A stretch of DNA of 64,000 bases, from positions 372,001 through 436,000 of the forward strand of contig JAWMAR010000726.1 of assembly GCA_036785375.1 (NCBI GenBank). Direction: 5' to 3'. Position 1 is the first letter of the stretch; each line of letters starts with the position of its first letter. Position numbers and translations under genes: made by a program. The DNA is from Leucoraja ocellata (taxonomy: Eukaryota). Below, piece by piece: positions 61,701 to 64,000 of this stretch. The notes under the pieces are model-generated. The model was not told the DNA's origin, did not search any database, and saw only the letters and a program-made list of their open reading frames with translations.

Positions 61701-62117
61701 TGATTGGCTACTAAGAAATCCCGTAAGCCTCAGTGAACTGAGTGTACAACTTCTTATATTCTCATTCCCTTTGGTTGAAATAAGACAAATAATTAACTTC
61801 TTCATTAGATATTAATAAAGAATAACTATTCACCAGTTGAATTATGAAATATTCAACTAATTCAATGGAATAGAAGGAACTGCAAATGCTGGTTAACAAA
61901 TAAAGATATAAAGTGCTGGGTTAACTCAGCGGGTCAGGCAGCATCTGTGGTGAACATAGATGTTTTAGGTCCGGACCCTTCTTCAGACACAAGACGGGTT
62001 TCTTCACAGTATGAATAAGGGTCCCGACTTGAAACATCACTTATTCATGTTCTCCAGAGATGCTGTCTGACCTTCTAATGAACCTTACAATTGACCTTAC
62101 AATGAACTTCTAATTAA

Positions 62118-62422
62118 GGGCAGTCATGGTGGCGCAGCAGTAGAGTTGCTGCCTTACAGCGCTTGCAGCGCCAGAGACCTGGGTTTGATCCTGACTACGG
62201 GTGCTGTCTGTATAGAGTTTACAATGACCTGCGTGGGTTTTCTCCGAGATCTTCGGTTTCCTCCCACACTCCAAAGACGTCCAGGTTTGTAGGTTAATTG
62301 GCTTGGTGTAAATGTAAATTGTCCATAGTGTGTATAGGATGGTTAAAATGTGCGGTGATCGCTGGTCGGCGGGGACCCAGTGGGCCGAATGGCCTGTTTC
62401 CGTGCTGTATCTCTAAACTAAA
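62118..62422 (+). mobile_element. Full-length tRNA-derived SINE
   Basis: Highly similar to 61083-61397. Confidence 0.9.
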
Positions 62423-62530
62423 ATTTACTGGGGCAGGAGAACTCTCTTTGTACAGCTAAGGTACAATAGTGCAATGTGTCTTGTTGTTTTAACACCACGT
62501 TGGCTTGCGACACATCCTGAAGCAATAAAA

Positions 62531-62687
62531 TGAATTCAGAGATAGGTAGTTTAGTTTAGTTTATTGTCTCTTGTGCCGAGGTACAGTGAAAAGCTTTTGT
62601 TGTGTGGTAACTATGGAACAAAAGCTTTTCACTGTGCTTCAGTACATGTGACAATGAACTAAACTAAACTACCTATCTCTGAATTCA
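62531..62687. repeat. 157-bp inverted repeat (71-bp arms, 15-nt loop)
   Basis: The outer 31 bp are perfectly complementary. The inner parts are two LINE-tail fragments in opposite orientation. Confidence 0.9.
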
Positions 62688-62722
62688 CCTCAGGTAAGGT
62701 ATGATTGTCCCACTGGAGATAC

Positions 62723-62732
62723 CTTTTCCCAT
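62723..62732 (-). CDS. IGFALS: Candidate IGFALS first coding exon (MGK + 1 nt)
   Basis: ATG GGA AAA G|GTATCT supplies the phase-1 junction the main exon needs, giving MGKETCFVLVIACL. It lies in non-repeat DNA. The donor is weak. Confidence 0.45.
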
Positions 62733-62862
62733 CACAATGCTTCCCGTATGTCCAAACAATTAACTGCCATCAGGCAGTTATAATAACATTTCTGTTTGAA
62801 AATAATTTTACTTCGAAGACAGAGCTTATTTATACCACAATTGAAAATCACAGCATTTTTAT

Positions 62863-63485
62863 TTAGTTTAGTTTAGAGATGCAGCGTGGAAACAGGCCCT
62901 TCGGCCCATCGACCAGCGATCACACTAGCACTATCCTACACACAAAGGATAATTTACAGAAGCCAATTACCGTACAAAACTGCCTGTCTTTCAATGTGAA
63001 AGGAAACTGGAGCACCCGGAGAAAATCCACATGGTTACAGGGAGAACTCTGTACAGACAGACCTGTAGTCAGGATCGAACTCAGGTCTTTGGCGCTATAA
63101 AGGGCCTGCCCCACGATGCGAGTTCACCCAAGAGCTCTCCCGAGTTAAAATAAAAAATCAAACTCGTGGTAAGTACGTAGAATGTACGTAGGACCGCGTG
63201 GATGTCCCGTAGCGGCTCGTAATGCGAACGGCAGGTACTCGGGAAACACGGTAACTCTTGGACATTTTTCACAGTGTTGAAAAAATTTCACGAGTTACCG
63301 CGTTTCCCGAGTACCTGCCGTTAGCATTACGAGTCGCTACGGGACATCCACGCGGTCCTCCATACCCGCTACGTACATACCACGAGTGATTTTTTTTTTT
63401 AAACTCGGGAGAGCTCTTGGGTGAACTCGCATCGTGGGACAGGGGCTTAAGGCTACGACACTCCCTTGCACCACTCTGCTGCCTA
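62863..63485 (-). mobile_element. SINE split by a Harbinger MITE
   Basis: SINE body at 62863-63100; its head resumes at ~63450-63485. Confidence 0.75.
63101..63447. mobile_element. Near-fully palindromic Harbinger MITE (347 bp)
   Basis: Arms are complementary over ~165 bp, with a TAA duplication at 63098-63100 and 63448-63450. Confidence 0.9.
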
Positions 63486-63769
63486 AGAATAGGTTTAGTT
63501 TTAATTATACTGGTTTTAGAGATACAGCATGGAATCAGGCCCTTAAGCCCACAGAATCCACAGTTATTTTAATTTTTCAGTTCCCATTGATATATTTTTT
63601 TAAATCAAGAGATGTTACTGGATTTATTAAATCCAATTTAAGATTAAAAATTGTCCCATCAGTGCCATTGTGATCCTTAAAAATGGTAATAAAAATGAAT
63701 GACACACTGATTTAATCCTTGAGGTCCCATTGAAACGGTTTAGGTGGATGTTAAATTGATTGATTAAAA

Positions 63770-64000
63770 GATTCAGCATGGAAACAGGCCCTTCGGCCCA
63801 CCAAGTCTGTGCTGACCATTGATCACCTGTTCACATTAGTTCTCTGTTAACCCAATTTTGCAACCATTCTAGGGGCAATTATACAGAGGCCACTCAACCT
63901 ACAAACCTGTAGAACTTTGAGATGCAGGAGGAAAGCGGAGCACTGAAGGAAACCCACAAGGAGAATTTTCAAAACTTCACGCAGAGCAGCCGAGGTCAAG
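63770..64000 (-). mobile_element. tRNA-derived SINE running off the window end
   Basis: CAGCATGGAAACAGGCCCTTCGGCCC tail in reverse complement. Confidence 0.75.

Overview
Vertebrate nuclear DNA, most likely a cartilaginous fish (skate or ray, judged from HE1-like SINE, CR1 and Penelope repeat content). The gene order is EME2(+) -> <-SPSB3(-) | CpG-island bidirectional promoter | NUBP2(+) -> <-IGFALS(-), the same as human 16p13.3. I reconstructed phase-consistent exons for EME2 (last 7 coding exons), SPSB3 (complete, ~357 aa), NUBP2 (exon 1 and the last two exons; the middle exons are absent, probably lost in the 200-N gap) and IGFALS (~607 aa with a candidate 10-nt first coding exon). Introns and intergenic DNA are dense with transposons: CR1 and Rex/L2-type LINEs, tRNA SINEs, a decayed IR/DR Tc1, a DIRS1 tyrosine-recombinase retroelement, non-autonomous Helitrons, Harbinger and Tigger-like MITEs, a HERO-like fragment and Penelope fragments. 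The most striking unannotated signal is a family of ~25 short Penelope-LTR-derived elements whose consensus is a minimal hammerhead ribozyme core (CTGAnGA-A-GGGT-loop-ACCC-GAAA-CGTC). Several are fold-back palindromes with their own target-site duplications. One intact core lies in sense orientation 18 nt downstream of an SPSB3 splice donor.
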